38,613 bases of DNA from a virus (IMGVR_UViG_3300020042_005023:1-38613), one strand, 5' to 3'. Positions 1-8,912 are shown, numbered from the stretch's first letter. Made by a program: numbers and translations. Notes: generated from the sequence alone by a model not told the origin.

Positions 1-29
1 CCGTCATATAGCACCTTTTTTGTTAAATG

Positions 30-260
30 TTAACTCCTCGATTTGGCGACTAAGCCGTCGTCAAGGATTGCCTGTAGGCGGGCTTTCAACCGCTCAAGTC
101 CTTTGAGCGTGTGAAACATGTTGGAGCGGGCGTCGTCGTCGGCGTAACCCGACATGCGCCACTCTTCAAAAATATCTTTTTCCACTTGGGCAAACGCTTC
201 CTTGAGAAGTTCATCATCAAGAAGACGCTTTGCGTGGTTAGCTTTTGATATAGGGTCCAT
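30..260 (-). CDS. Small head-module protein (between portal region and scaffold), copy 1
   Basis: 76 aa, conserved in the second copy, coupled to the upstream gene. Confidence 0.8.
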   Translation of the reverse strand: MDPISKANHAKRLLDDELLKEAFAQVEKDIFEEWRMSGYADDDARSNMFHTLKGLERLKARLQAILDDGLVAKSRS

Positions 261-1708
261 TAGATCAACGGCATCAAAGCGGGGTTGATGGTCATCGCGG
301 GCTGCGCTTGTGGCGCAGGGGCGTTTGCCGGAAGAAGGCCACTATACTGCGGCTGAAAGAACATAGCTTCTGGGCCAAAACCATACCGCTCATAATCCGA
401 GATGTTCGGATTGACGCGCATATCTTGGCGGGGGGCAAAGCCTGCGCCCGTGCCAAATGGGGAGACATACGGCGTTGCCGTACCTGTGCCGCCACCGCCA
501 GCCAAAAGGCTTTGCAGAAGATCAGCCCCGACACCACCAATGGATAGGAGTTGCGGTATGGTCAGGCCAGTGCCGAGAACGCCATCTTTACCAGAAGGCG
601 GTGCTTCCGCCGCAAGGGCAGCGTCCATTGGGAGAGTTCCGAGCACCGCAGGTAGACCTGCAAGGGCGGAGCCTAGACCGGGGTCTGGCGTTACCGTAGG
701 CACGTTGGCCTCGACAACTATCGGGTTCCGCTCGGCCTCGATATCTTCCGCCGTTTTGGGTTGGTTTGCAGCCAATTCGCCCGAAAGCATCTCGTTGACA
801 GGGACAGAGAACGCCGCTCCGAACGGTAAGCCAGACCCAGATATGGCCCTGTTGCCGCTGACAATGATAGGTTCTATACCGGCGTACATATCAACTGGCG
901 GTAGCAACGCTTCCGGTAACGGCTGTTGCGCAAACTGCTCGGCGGGTGTCTGGTAGCCGCTTAGTGCACGCGAAGCTGCGTTGGCTGCTTCCGATAGAGC
1001 CGCTTGGCCGAGCGCGCCGCCTGCGCCTTGCAACGCCTGTGAAAGGCCAGTGACTACGATGTCGCCTGTGGCTTGCTTTGCTAATTCTTCCGCAGTCTTG
1101 CCCGCGACTGTACCCCCGATTTCTCCCAACACGCCGCCAAGTGCTTTATCAGCCCCAGTAGCCCCTACCGCACCGGCACTGGCAGCGGATAATCCGGCTC
1201 GGAGCAATGTGTTTTCTAGACTGCGCCCTTGGGCAACGCTTGACGCCGCAGAACCCAAAGCCGCGCCAAGAATTGGGCCAACGCCGGGGATAAAGCTGGC
1301 GGCAATCGGCAACGCCACATCCGCAATCTTGCCGAGAACGTTCTCGTTAACTTTCTCGCGGGCAACATCGTTCCAGCGCGTGCCGCCCACACTGCCGTCG
1401 GTGTTAAGGTAACGGTCGCCAGTCTGGATCATCCAGCCAGCCTTGTTACCTTTTTCGTCTGTTATAGATTGTCCTAGGGCGACCGCTTGCCGGGCCGCTT
1501 CAGGGCCAAAGCCACTAAACAGCACTTTGCCCTTGTTGTCTACCATGCGTATTTCTTGTTCGTCACGGACGCGGAAAGTGTTATCCTGACCAAAGCCAGT
1601 CGCGTTTCCTTTGTTAGATAGAGCAGACGTAATCAGTTCGCCTACTGGCATCATGAAATCTGGACGTCCGAAACCAGCGTTAAGTCCGGGTGTATCACCA
1701 AAGGGCAT
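260..1708 (-). CDS. Variable Gly/Ala/Pro-rich virion/ejection-like protein, allele A, with TonB-box-like motifs
   Basis: 482 aa; start overlaps the portal stop; glycine-zipper segment IPGVGPILGAALGSAAS; DIVVTG, PIIVSG, PIVVEA motifs. Function inferred. Confidence 0.75.
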   Translation of the reverse strand: MPFGDTPGLNAGFGRPDFMMPVGELITSALSNKGNATGFGQDNTFRVRDEQEIRMVDNKGKVLFSGFGPEAARQAVALGQSITDEKGNKAGWMIQTGDRYLNTDGSVGGTRWNDVAREKVNENVLGKIADVALPIAASFIPGVGPILGAALGSAASSVAQGRSLENTLLRAGLSAASAGAVGATGADKALGGVLGEIGGTVAGKTAEELAKQATGDIVVTGLSQALQGAGGALGQAALSEAANAASRALSGYQTPAEQFAQQPLPEALLPPVDMYAGIEPIIVSGNRAISGSGLPFGAAFSVPVNEMLSGELAANQPKTAEDIEAERNPIVVEANVPTVTPDPGLGSALAGLPAVLGTLPMDAALAAEAPPSGKDGVLGTGLTIPQLLSIGGVGADLLQSLLAGGGGTGTATPYVSPFGTGAGFAPRQDMRVNPNISDYERYGFGPEAMFFQPQYSGLLPANAPAPQAQPAMTINPALMPLI

Positions 1709-4080
1709 TACATCATCCCTTCTGGTGGGAGTTCAACGGGCGTCTGCATTTCAGTTGGCATCTGCGCTTGCTGAACTGCCTGTGCCATCTGCGCGTTCTG
1801 TACAGCCTGCGCAGCTTGCGTCGCCGCACGATCCATTTCGTTTTGTTGACGAACTAACTCACGGTCACGCAGCATCATCGCTTCAATGCCAGCCGTGTTG
1901 ACCGGAGCGCCGTACTTAGCTTCAAGTTCAGCCGCCTTAATCATTAGGTCGGCGTCAAGTTTGTCGCGCTCACGGTCGTCCTTGCGCAGCATCTCTTCGC
2001 GCTGCAACTCAAGTTCCGCTGCCTTCTTCTGGATGTCCGCACGGATTGCTTCCATCTGAACCTGAGACAGCATCTCTTCCGGTGTCGGCTGCGGTGGTGC
2101 AGGCGGTGGCGGGGGCGGCATCATGGCTGGGTCTTTGAAGAATACAGTTGGGTCTTTGTATCCAGCCAGCGCCATCATCTGCGCCAGCGTATTGTAGTAG
2201 CCTTGCATGTCAACCAACGGCGCGCCGGTCTGCATCAACATCTCTTGCTTGGCTGCGACTTGACCTAAGAACGCCATCTTCTCTTCGTTGCTGCCCGTGC
2301 CAATAGCGACGTTGACGACAACATCCATGTTCGCGTCCCATACCCGTGGGTCAATCGGAACGAACGTGTTGCGCAGACGCACCATGCGCGGCGCGTCTTG
2401 GTTCTTGGTGATAAGCTGCATTGACTTGCGGAACAGGCCCTTCATGCCTGTCTCAGCGAAGATACGGCAAATCAGTTCGATGTGTTGCGCCGCTGCGGTA
2501 ATCGTGGCCGCAACAGCAGCGCGGGTCGAAGACTGAAGCGCGTTTGCATCGAGGCCAGATGCGGCCTTGGAAATACCTGTGCGGTTCTCGCGCAGTTCAT
2601 CCATGTATTGCAACATCGGGAAGGCTTGCTGTCCGACGAACGGCATAGTGAACGGCTGCACCATACCTGGTGCGCGCATACGGATGATGCCACCAACTTC
2701 GGTGTTCATTACGTCTTCAAGGTTGACTTGGCCTTCAACAACACCCGTGCGTGGGTGGATTGACTGAGCCAAGCTGTCCAGCGTGTTACGCAGGATATTC
2801 GACTTGATAAGCTGAATGTCCATCGTCACGTCGGCAATCGACATACCGAAGAATGTGTGCGGCTCTGGATCAGGGCAGAAGTCTACGAACGGAATAAAGT
2901 CGCAGGGTTCGTAGTGCAGTATCTTGTTAGCCGAGCCAGCAACGCAGACGCGGCAAAGTTCCGCAATCCCGTCGCCGTCCATGTCAACATACACATAGCC
3001 CTCGATGTATAGGACTTTGCGCGATGTCGTATCTGTGCGGCCAGTAATCTGAACGAACGCTTGTGGGTTACGGTCGAAGGCTTCTTGGTTGCCTTCAAAG
3101 TCATCAAGCGTTTCGTAGCCAAGGTCTTGGACCTCATCGAAATCGTAGCCCATCTTCACAAGATCGGACACGGTAACGTAACGACGGTGGGCTACAAATT
3201 CGGCTGTCTCAATGGAACGCGCACGGCGGTCAATCAGAAACTCTTCTGGCGGTACGGACTGAACGCACAGACGGCCCTTCTCAACTGTACGAACAACCGT
3301 GCAGTCGTATGTCGCGGGTGGGGGCGGGGCCGGCATACCCATCATTTCAGGCGGAACCATCGGCACTGGGCCGTAGGTAATCTCTACGTCCTTAACTTCG
3401 ATGTTTTCATCGGCCTGAAGAACCGAGAAGGTAGCCTCGTCCAGACCCGTAAAGTAATGGGTCGTGACATCTTTCTCAGTATTCCACCAGACTTTCATGA
3501 TACCGTTCTTACGGATCAGTGCGTCCTTGAATGTGGAATAGCATTCGCTAAATAGGTTGTTGTCGCGTGTCAGGCAGTAGTTAACATAATCCGTTGCTTG
3601 CTGCGCGCTTTCAATATCTTCAGGGCCGTTCGGCGCAAACTCGACGACGTTGTTCGCCGCGAAGAATACTTTCATAATCGACGGCATCATGGCCTGTACA
3701 GTATCCCGTACATCCATAGACATCGCCTGCGACCGGCCTTCCTCTTCGTTGCCGAAAGGTTCGCCCTTATAGTATTGGCCAGCAAGCGCACGCTCCGGCG
3801 AGATAACATCGTCGATGTAATCTTGCGCGTCGTCAATCTCAGCGGTGATAATGTTCTGAAGTTCTTCTTCGGATACAGGGTCTTCTACCTGTTCGTCTTC
3901 CATTTCAGGCTCTTCAATAGTAACTTCCGTACCGTCGGCAAGTTCCATTGAAGTTTCATTGTACATGTCTTCGCTGTCGCCGTTTTCAGAGTTGGTGTTA
4001 GGAACCCCCGTATCTTGATACATACGGTTGTTCTTAGCCATAGTAGCCTTGGTCGGCTTACGGTTATTGCGATATGCCAT
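1708..4080 (-). CDS. Portal protein (P22/SU10-like)
   Basis: 790 aa; YYKGEPFGNEEEGRS, VPPEEFLID, DGDGIAEL, PHTFFG motifs; Q/M/P-rich tail; downstream of TerL. Confidence 0.93.
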   Translation of the reverse strand: MAYRNNRKPTKATMAKNNRMYQDTGVPNTNSENGDSEDMYNETSMELADGTEVTIEEPEMEDEQVEDPVSEEELQNIITAEIDDAQDYIDDVISPERALAGQYYKGEPFGNEEEGRSQAMSMDVRDTVQAMMPSIMKVFFAANNVVEFAPNGPEDIESAQQATDYVNYCLTRDNNLFSECYSTFKDALIRKNGIMKVWWNTEKDVTTHYFTGLDEATFSVLQADENIEVKDVEITYGPVPMVPPEMMGMPAPPPPATYDCTVVRTVEKGRLCVQSVPPEEFLIDRRARSIETAEFVAHRRYVTVSDLVKMGYDFDEVQDLGYETLDDFEGNQEAFDRNPQAFVQITGRTDTTSRKVLYIEGYVYVDMDGDGIAELCRVCVAGSANKILHYEPCDFIPFVDFCPDPEPHTFFGMSIADVTMDIQLIKSNILRNTLDSLAQSIHPRTGVVEGQVNLEDVMNTEVGGIIRMRAPGMVQPFTMPFVGQQAFPMLQYMDELRENRTGISKAASGLDANALQSSTRAAVAATITAAAQHIELICRIFAETGMKGLFRKSMQLITKNQDAPRMVRLRNTFVPIDPRVWDANMDVVVNVAIGTGSNEEKMAFLGQVAAKQEMLMQTGAPLVDMQGYYNTLAQMMALAGYKDPTVFFKDPAMMPPPPPPAPPQPTPEEMLSQVQMEAIRADIQKKAAELELQREEMLRKDDRERDKLDADLMIKAAELEAKYGAPVNTAGIEAMMLRDRELVRQQNEMDRAATQAAQAVQNAQMAQAVQQAQMPTEMQTPVELPPEGMM

Positions 4081-4089
4081 GTTCTAGCC

Positions 4090-4239
4090 TTACTTCTTTT
4101 TAGTCTTGACGTCTTTGGCGTGTACAAGTTTTTTAGAAGTACTGCCATGCTCTTTACCAGAATACAAAGCCGCACCCATTTTATGGGTAGCGCCTTTCCA
4201 CTCCGTGCCATTTGGTAGGTAGTGCTTTACACCCTTCAC
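4090..4239 (-). CDS. Small basic hypothetical protein (49 aa, GTG start)
   Basis: Hand-translated MKGVKHYLPNGTEWKGATHKMG...KTKKK; overlaps the upstream stop (GTGA). Confidence 0.6.
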   Translation of the reverse strand: MKGVKHYLPNGTEWKGATHKMGAALYSGKEHGSTSKKLVHAKDVKTKKK

Positions 4240-4397
4240 TTCTTTTTAGCTTTCATCGGCTTTGCGGTCTTGGCCGCAGCCTTAAACGCAGCCGCAGTAG
4301 GAGCGCCTTTGGTTCCCGGCTTACGCATCTTTTCACCAGAACCAGCTTTGATCCGGTCCTTCTTGGCTGCGATGTTGCTGTATAGACCCATCTTCAT
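4236..4397 (-). CDS. Small basic hypothetical protein (53 aa)
   Basis: Hand-translated MKMGLYSNIAAKKDRIKAGSGEKMRKPGTKGAPTAAAFK...; ATGA coupling; type common near portals of aquatic phages. Confidence 0.75.
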   Translation of the reverse strand: MKMGLYSNIAAKKDRIKAGSGEKMRKPGTKGAPTAAAFKAAAKTAKPMKAKKK

Positions 4398-4684
4398 TTT
4401 GACTTCCCCTTGTTTCGGGTTGATATGGCTTTGGCTTTCGACTTCGCGTCTGCTTTAGATGACGCACCCCACGCTTGCAGCGATAGGAGCAGGCGGGTTG
4501 GTTCGCCTTTCGCATTACGCTCTGGCCCCGGTGTGTTCCCCATGCGCGCTAAGAATGATGCTCTCCGTGGATTGTCACCTGATTTGACAGGTGCTTTCAA
4601 GTTGGCCCCTTCAGTCTTCTTGAAGTGGCTACGGCCCGCTTCATTGAGGCCACCCTTTGGATTTTGAAAACGCTTCGCAACCAT
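4394..4684 (-). CDS. DUF6321-like small basic phage protein
   Basis: KGGLNEAGR...NLKAPVK.GDNPRRASFLARM...SL.AW pattern; start reassigned to ATG at 4684. Confidence 0.75.
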   Translation of the reverse strand: MVAKRFQNPKGGLNEAGRSHFKKTEGANLKAPVKSGDNPRRASFLARMGNTPGPERNAKGEPTRLLLSLQAWGASSKADAKSKAKAISTRNKGKSK

Positions 4685-4688
4685 GCAA

Positions 4689-5117
4689 CTAAACCTGTCT
4701 CTTCGGCGTATACGCGCCGCGCTCACTCAAGTACACAATGGCCCGGTAAAGAATATCTGTATTTTCTCTAGCGTGGCCAAGAACTAAATTACACTTCTGA
4801 CAAAGTATGCCGCGTATGTCCCCAGTCTCATGGTTATGGTCTACGACACCTGATCTCTTACCCTTATACGCTATTGTCTCAGGTATTTCTACCTTACAAA
4901 TACCGCAAGCAAAATTATGGTCAGCGATTAGGTTACGATATTCCTCGACGTCAATACCGTACCGGCGTTGAAGGTTACGATTGCGGTTATAGTCTGGGTC
5001 AGCGTCTCTAAAGCGTTGTTGGTGTTCGCGCACGCACGGCTTACAGGTGCGTCTCTGGAAGTAGAAGTCATCTATAGCCTTCTCTTCGCCACATTTTGGA
5101 CAAGTCTTTGTACGCAT
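4689..5117 (-). CDS. Endonuclease VII-family (HNH-like) nuclease
   Basis: N-terminal CxxC..CxxC; RRYGI; CGIC; VDHNHETG.IRGILCQKCN.VLG. Confidence 0.9.
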   Translation of the reverse strand: MRTKTCPKCGEEKAIDDFYFQRRTCKPCVREHQQRFRDADPDYNRNRNLQRRYGIDVEEYRNLIADHNFACGICKVEIPETIAYKGKRSGVVDHNHETGDIRGILCQKCNLVLGHARENTDILYRAIVYLSERGAYTPKRQV

Positions 5118-5164
5118 AGGTCCGACCCCTATGGATAACTATAGCATAACATTTCAAGAAAAGC

Positions 5165-5301
5165 AAAAAAGGGGGTGGCGGCGGGATGAACAAACGGGGC
5201 AGCATCCTATCGTTCCATCGCTATTACCGGATAAACCGCGCACACCCCTAGCTGCCTATGTTGCCCGACAGGAGAGGGAGAGAGAAAAACCTGCCGGGCA
5301 A
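5165..5301 (-). other. Structured intergenic element: hairpin with CU-rich loop, then long stem ending in a U-tract (terminator or sRNA)
   Basis: Inverted repeat ttgcccgacagg/cctgccgggcaa at 5261-5301; ggggtg/cacccc stem at 5171-5248 followed on the minus strand by T6. Confidence 0.5.
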
Positions 5302-5329
5302 AACAAATATATCACATCGTTAGTTTATG

Positions 5330-6739
5330 TCAAACAATGCCCCGTATATTCCTACGCAAGGCTCCGGACTTGTTGGCCATTGAGTAGCCGTGCATGATAG
5401 TCGATATATCGGTGGCAAGGCACAAGCATAAAGCATCCGCCTTATCTGGCGATGGAAGCCCACGCTTCTTCATGCTTTCCTTGCTCTCGATCTGCATCTT
5501 GCCCGACGATGTAAACGTGTAACGCGGTGACGCCAACTCGGCGAACAACTGCTCATCCTTCGGTATCTTAACATCGCGGTTCGCCAGCCATCCTTTACAC
5601 TTGAACCACAATTCGGCGCGTAGGTTGGCGTAAGTCCCTTTCATCGCGGGGCTTTCGGCTACGTTAATGCCACGCGCTGGTAGACCCAGTTCGCGCAGAC
5701 GGTCAAGGACACCCGCTCCAAGCCCGATGCTATCGACCAGTATCTCGACTGGCTGCTCCGATGGCGTCAGCGCCTCATACTCGGCAACGACTGCACCTGT
5801 TAGCTGCATCAGGTCCAGACCTTTCCAAGTCTGTATCTCTTCAACAACTGGGCCGCGCCGCTTGGCGAGTGCGCTGGCATCGGAACCCATACGCGCAACG
5901 TCTAAGCCCCATACGCTCTTGGTGTTCTTGGCAATCTTGATCTCGCGGTTCATGGCCCCGTCAATCAACTCGACAGGGATAACGGTATCTTCTTCACGCG
6001 GTGGGAAGTTACCAAGAACACGGACGTGATACGCTGGGCTGTCGTCACCGTATCGCAACTGCATCTCTCGGACAAACGCATCGGACACGCGTGGGCTGTC
6101 GAGGCAGCTAACGTGGAAGGTTTTCCATTCACCCTTCAGACGGTTGTGCGTATCATAGAACAATCCGCTGTTTCGCGTAGGGTTTCCCAGAAGAAGCGTT
6201 GTCGCATTATGGCCGGACATAGAACCGGACGCAGCTTCATACACACTTTCAGGTATACCCGACGCCTCATCGGCGACGAGCAGCACGTTATCGGCGTGGA
6301 TACCTTGCAAGGCTTCTGGCGTTTCTGCTCGGCTCGTTCGGGCGGAGATAAAGGCTTCACTGGCTGCGGCCTTCAGTTCGATACGGTCGGCCTTGACTTC
6401 GATCAGAACCTTCAGCACTTCAGGTAGTTCATTCACCCATCGCTTCAGTTCCGCGAACATCGCATCGAACAACTGTGCGGATGTCGGCGCAGTCACAACA
6501 ACCTTCACGGGATACCGCGTCAGGAAGTAATGAAGCATGGCCCAGCTTGCGGCTGTAGATTTACCCACACCGTGGCCTGAGCGGACGGAGATACGACGGT
6601 TCCCGGCGCTAATCGCTTTCAGAAACTCGACTTGCCAAGGGTCTGGCTTAGTTCTCAGAATATCCCGCACGAACCCTACGGGATCATCGCGGTATTTCTT
6701 CAGGAACTCCAAAAAGAAGTTCGGCTCAGATTTCGTCAT
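5330..6739 (-). CDS. terL: Terminase large subunit
   Basis: Walker A SGHGVGKS, Walker B LLVADEASG, GNPTR motif, RNase H nuclease GLDVAR...SPDKADAL. Confidence 0.96.
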   Translation of the reverse strand: MTKSEPNFFLEFLKKYRDDPVGFVRDILRTKPDPWQVEFLKAISAGNRRISVRSGHGVGKSTAASWAMLHYFLTRYPVKVVVTAPTSAQLFDAMFAELKRWVNELPEVLKVLIEVKADRIELKAAASEAFISARTSRAETPEALQGIHADNVLLVADEASGIPESVYEAASGSMSGHNATTLLLGNPTRNSGLFYDTHNRLKGEWKTFHVSCLDSPRVSDAFVREMQLRYGDDSPAYHVRVLGNFPPREEDTVIPVELIDGAMNREIKIAKNTKSVWGLDVARMGSDASALAKRRGPVVEEIQTWKGLDLMQLTGAVVAEYEALTPSEQPVEILVDSIGLGAGVLDRLRELGLPARGINVAESPAMKGTYANLRAELWFKCKGWLANRDVKIPKDEQLFAELASPRYTFTSSGKMQIESKESMKKRGLPSPDKADALCLCLATDISTIMHGYSMANKSGALRRNIRGIV

Positions 6740-7406
6740 TCTTATCTCCCCGGATTACGCGTGCGATTGTTTGATGGCTGACTGATATACCATGACGCTT
6801 TGCTACGATAATAGCAATATCGCGGTAGCTATGGCCTTTAACGCGTGCGGCTTTCATTGTAATCATTGCGTCCTGCGCGTTTGGTTCTGGATGCAGCTTG
6901 GCCTTGCGGCCTGTGCCTGACTTCTTATACCCAAATGGTACTTTGCCACCGACATATCCACCCTGTGACCGCTTTGCTCTTTTACCGGCGGTGACACGTT
7001 CTCTAATACGGCGGCGCTCTTCGCCTGAGAAGACGGCCATGATTTCTAGCATGAAGCGTCCGTTCGGGTTGGCTTTGTCCATGACATTACCATAGCCATT
7101 GATGATCAGATTGATGTTCGCCGTCTCCCAGTCGGCAATCACGTTTAGTGCGTCCCGTGCGTCACGGAACATACGGTCTAGCTTCGATACGATAACCGTA
7201 TCGCCGGGCCGAAGGAACGCCAGCTTGCAACCTTCTTCTCGGCGGAGCAGCGGGACACCGCCAGAGACGCCGCGCTCTTCGTATATATGCTCCAGTTCCA
7301 AATTATGCGTGAGCGCGATGCCTTGTATTTGGCGGGCTTGGTCATCGAGTGATGTGTTCTCGATCTGGTCTTCAGTCGAGACGCGAGTATATCCATAAAC
7401 AGCCAT
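6726..7406 (-). CDS. Serine recombinase (resolvase/invertase catalytic domain plus short C-terminal DNA-binding region)
   Basis: YTRVST catalytic Ser, GVSG, VSKLDRMFR, ERRRIRER, GGKVPFGY; RBS GAGGAG; TTG-free ATG start; overlaps the terL start by 14 nt. Confidence 0.93.
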   Translation of the reverse strand: MAVYGYTRVSTEDQIENTSLDDQARQIQGIALTHNLELEHIYEERGVSGGVPLLRREEGCKLAFLRPGDTVIVSKLDRMFRDARDALNVIADWETANINLIINGYGNVMDKANPNGRFMLEIMAVFSGEERRRIRERVTAGKRAKRSQGGYVGGKVPFGYKKSGTGRKAKLHPEPNAQDAMITMKAARVKGHSYRDIAIIVAKRHGISVSHQTIARVIRGDKNDEI

Positions 7407-7834
7407 TGTATTTCTCCTCTTTTTGATTGTTCATCGCTGTTACACTCTACTGTTACATCTTGGCAAGTAAAAAGTTAGGAATTTTTTGGAAGGGATTATG
7501 TTAAATACGAGGGTGTAGGGGGGTGGGGGCCACATCTTGATGTCTGTTAGGTTGTACACACATACCCCCCGCGCGTGGCGGGGGCCGGGGGGGGTCAAAC
7601 CGAAGGTCACTTTGCGCCTCATACCCAAAAAACCACGCATTTCTGCGGATTTTACGCTGTAACAGTGTATTAGTGCTGGACCAAATGGGGTCGGAGGCGC
7701 ACGAAAAGCGAAGCGCGGCGCTGCCCGCTTCCCTTGTTGAAACGGCACACCGTTCCTGCGCTAGAATTTATATAGGCAACGCAATCACATTGCGATGTGA
7801 TGTAAATTATATCTATCCTGATTACGATTTGTGC

Positions 7835-7863
7835 TTGACTGGTTGGAACGCTGTTCCTATTGG
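7835..7863 (+). promoter_or_regulatory. Putative sigma70 promoter with palindromic operator GGAACGCTGTTCC
   Basis: TTGACT at 7835, palindrome at 7845-7857 in the spacer; weak -10; heads the + strand small-gene operon. Confidence 0.5.
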
Positions 7864-7893
7864 TAACGCCTCAACAAAAGAGGGACTAACGAA

Positions 7894-8007
7894 ATGACTT
7901 TTGATTTATCACAATACATACCATTCAACGCATTCGCATTCCTATGGATAGCCTGCACGTTGGCTGGTTTCACATTCGCTATCCGTAACGACAAAGGAGA
8001 GAACTAA
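7894..8007 (+). CDS. Small membrane peptide (37 aa)
   Basis: MTFDLSQYIPFNAFAFLWIACTLAGFTFAIRNDKGEN; GAGGGA RBS; one hydrophobic helix. Confidence 0.55.
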   Translation: MTFDLSQYIPFNAFAFLWIACTLAGFTFAIRNDKGEN

Positions 8008-8010
8008 ACC

Positions 8011-8148
8011 ATGATTAAACCACAACAAGCCGCGCCATTAGGCCGGAGCCACCGTGTATCATCCGACAGTGCGTGGCCGCTGCGCGGCCTCGATGGTAAG
8101 ACATTCGCGGAACGCCGCGCAGAACGTGAAAAGGAACTAAGCAAATGA
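8011..8148 (+). CDS. Hypothetical protein (45 aa)
   Basis: AAGGAG RBS; MIKPQQAAPLGRSHRVSSDSAWPLRG...; ATGA coupling to the next gene. Confidence 0.6.
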   Translation: MIKPQQAAPLGRSHRVSSDSAWPLRGLDGKTFAERRAEREKELSK

Positions 8149-8327
8149 CCAATGAAGACGATATGTTAATCACACACGCCGCACGGGTTATCTGTGCCGC
8201 GCAATCCGACAAGCAGGACAACAGCGACAGCCAGCTATATCGTTCTGGTGGCTGGGACCACACTATCTGGATGCGGCTCGTTGAGCAGGGCATCCGCAAG
8301 GGCATTGAGATTGGGCGGATGCTATGA
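8145..8327 (+). CDS. Hypothetical protein
   Basis: 60 aa, in an ATGA-coupled chain. Confidence 0.7.
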   Translation: MTNEDDMLITHAARVICAAQSDKQDNSDSQLYRSGGWDHTIWMRLVEQGIRKGIEIGRML

Positions 8328-8518
8328 CCGACTATGATGATGAAGATGACGAATTGGCACTGCCCGAACGATACATCGAACGGGCCGGGGAAACCTTGGC
8401 CTACCGATTGATGGAGTATCTGGAGTTTCTTGGCGTGATAGGCAAAGACCATGTGTCCTATCTGCGCTGGCCACCGATTGAATTAATCGAGGATGCAGAA
8501 AAGGACATGCTGGAATGA
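8324..8518 (+). CDS. Hypothetical acidic protein
   Basis: 64 aa, ATGA-coupled. Confidence 0.7.
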   Translation: MTDYDDEDDELALPERYIERAGETLAYRLMEYLEFLGVIGKDHVSYLRWPPIELIEDAEKDMLE

Positions 8519-8736
8519 CAAGTGATGGTGAAGGCCCCCAAAAGATAAAGATTGTTAATACCGCTATCGGCAAAATCCCAGTCACCGATGAGTTTATTCC
8601 TCGCAAAGATTGGGACGCATATATGGAAATGTCCCGTCAATACGCACGGGACGCATGGTGCGCTGGCGTTGACTATACCGCCCTAACCGTAGAGCAATTC
8701 CGTAAAGGTTATAGGGAACAGGATCAAAGCAAATGA
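8515..8736 (+). CDS. Hypothetical protein
   Basis: 73 aa, ATGA-coupled, AAGGA RBS. Confidence 0.65.
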   Translation: MTSDGEGPQKIKIVNTAIGKIPVTDEFIPRKDWDAYMEMSRQYARDAWCAGVDYTALTVEQFRKGYREQDQSK

Positions 8737-8912
8737 CAAGTGATGAATTTAAAGCAACACGCGAGACGCTGAAGCTGACGCAGGGCCAGCTTGCCCAGAA
8801 GATTGGACTGTCCGAACGGGCTATCCGATATTACGAACAAGGTGGCCGAGCTATCCCGGCTCCTGTCTCTATCCTCTTAGAGACGTTTCTAAGGGGTCTG
8901 GAGCGTGCCTAG
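8733..8912 (+). CDS. XRE/Cro-family helix-turn-helix regulator (59 aa, below ORF-track cutoff)
   Basis: Hand-translated MTSDEFKATRETLKLTQGQLAQKIGLSERAIRYYEQGGRAIPAPV...; classic XRE pattern. Confidence 0.88.
   Translation: MTSDEFKATRETLKLTQGQLAQKIGLSERAIRYYEQGGRAIPAPVSILLETFLRGLERA

Larger units (their letters stand above)
1..2630. repeat. Terminal overlap copy 1 (imperfect direct repeat)
   Basis: ccgtcatatagcacc at 1 equals 36014; gggaaggcttgct ending 2630 equals the window end. Flanks near-identical, centre (~600-1700) diverged. Confidence 0.95.

Noticed and set aside
1-2630. Diversity-generating retroelement explaining the two variant copies
   Set aside because: No reverse transcriptase; differences are not adenine-specific and span kilobases.
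5131-5397. 88-aa plus-strand ORF or tRNA in the terL downstream gap
   Set aside because: ORF is antisense to the operon and overlaps hairpins; no cloverleaf or T-loop consensus seen.
6726-7406. Gin/Cin-type tail-fibre invertase or IS607/Tn3 element
   Set aside because: Far from the fibre gene, no inverted fibre cassette, no transposase or TnpB, no terminal inverted repeats.
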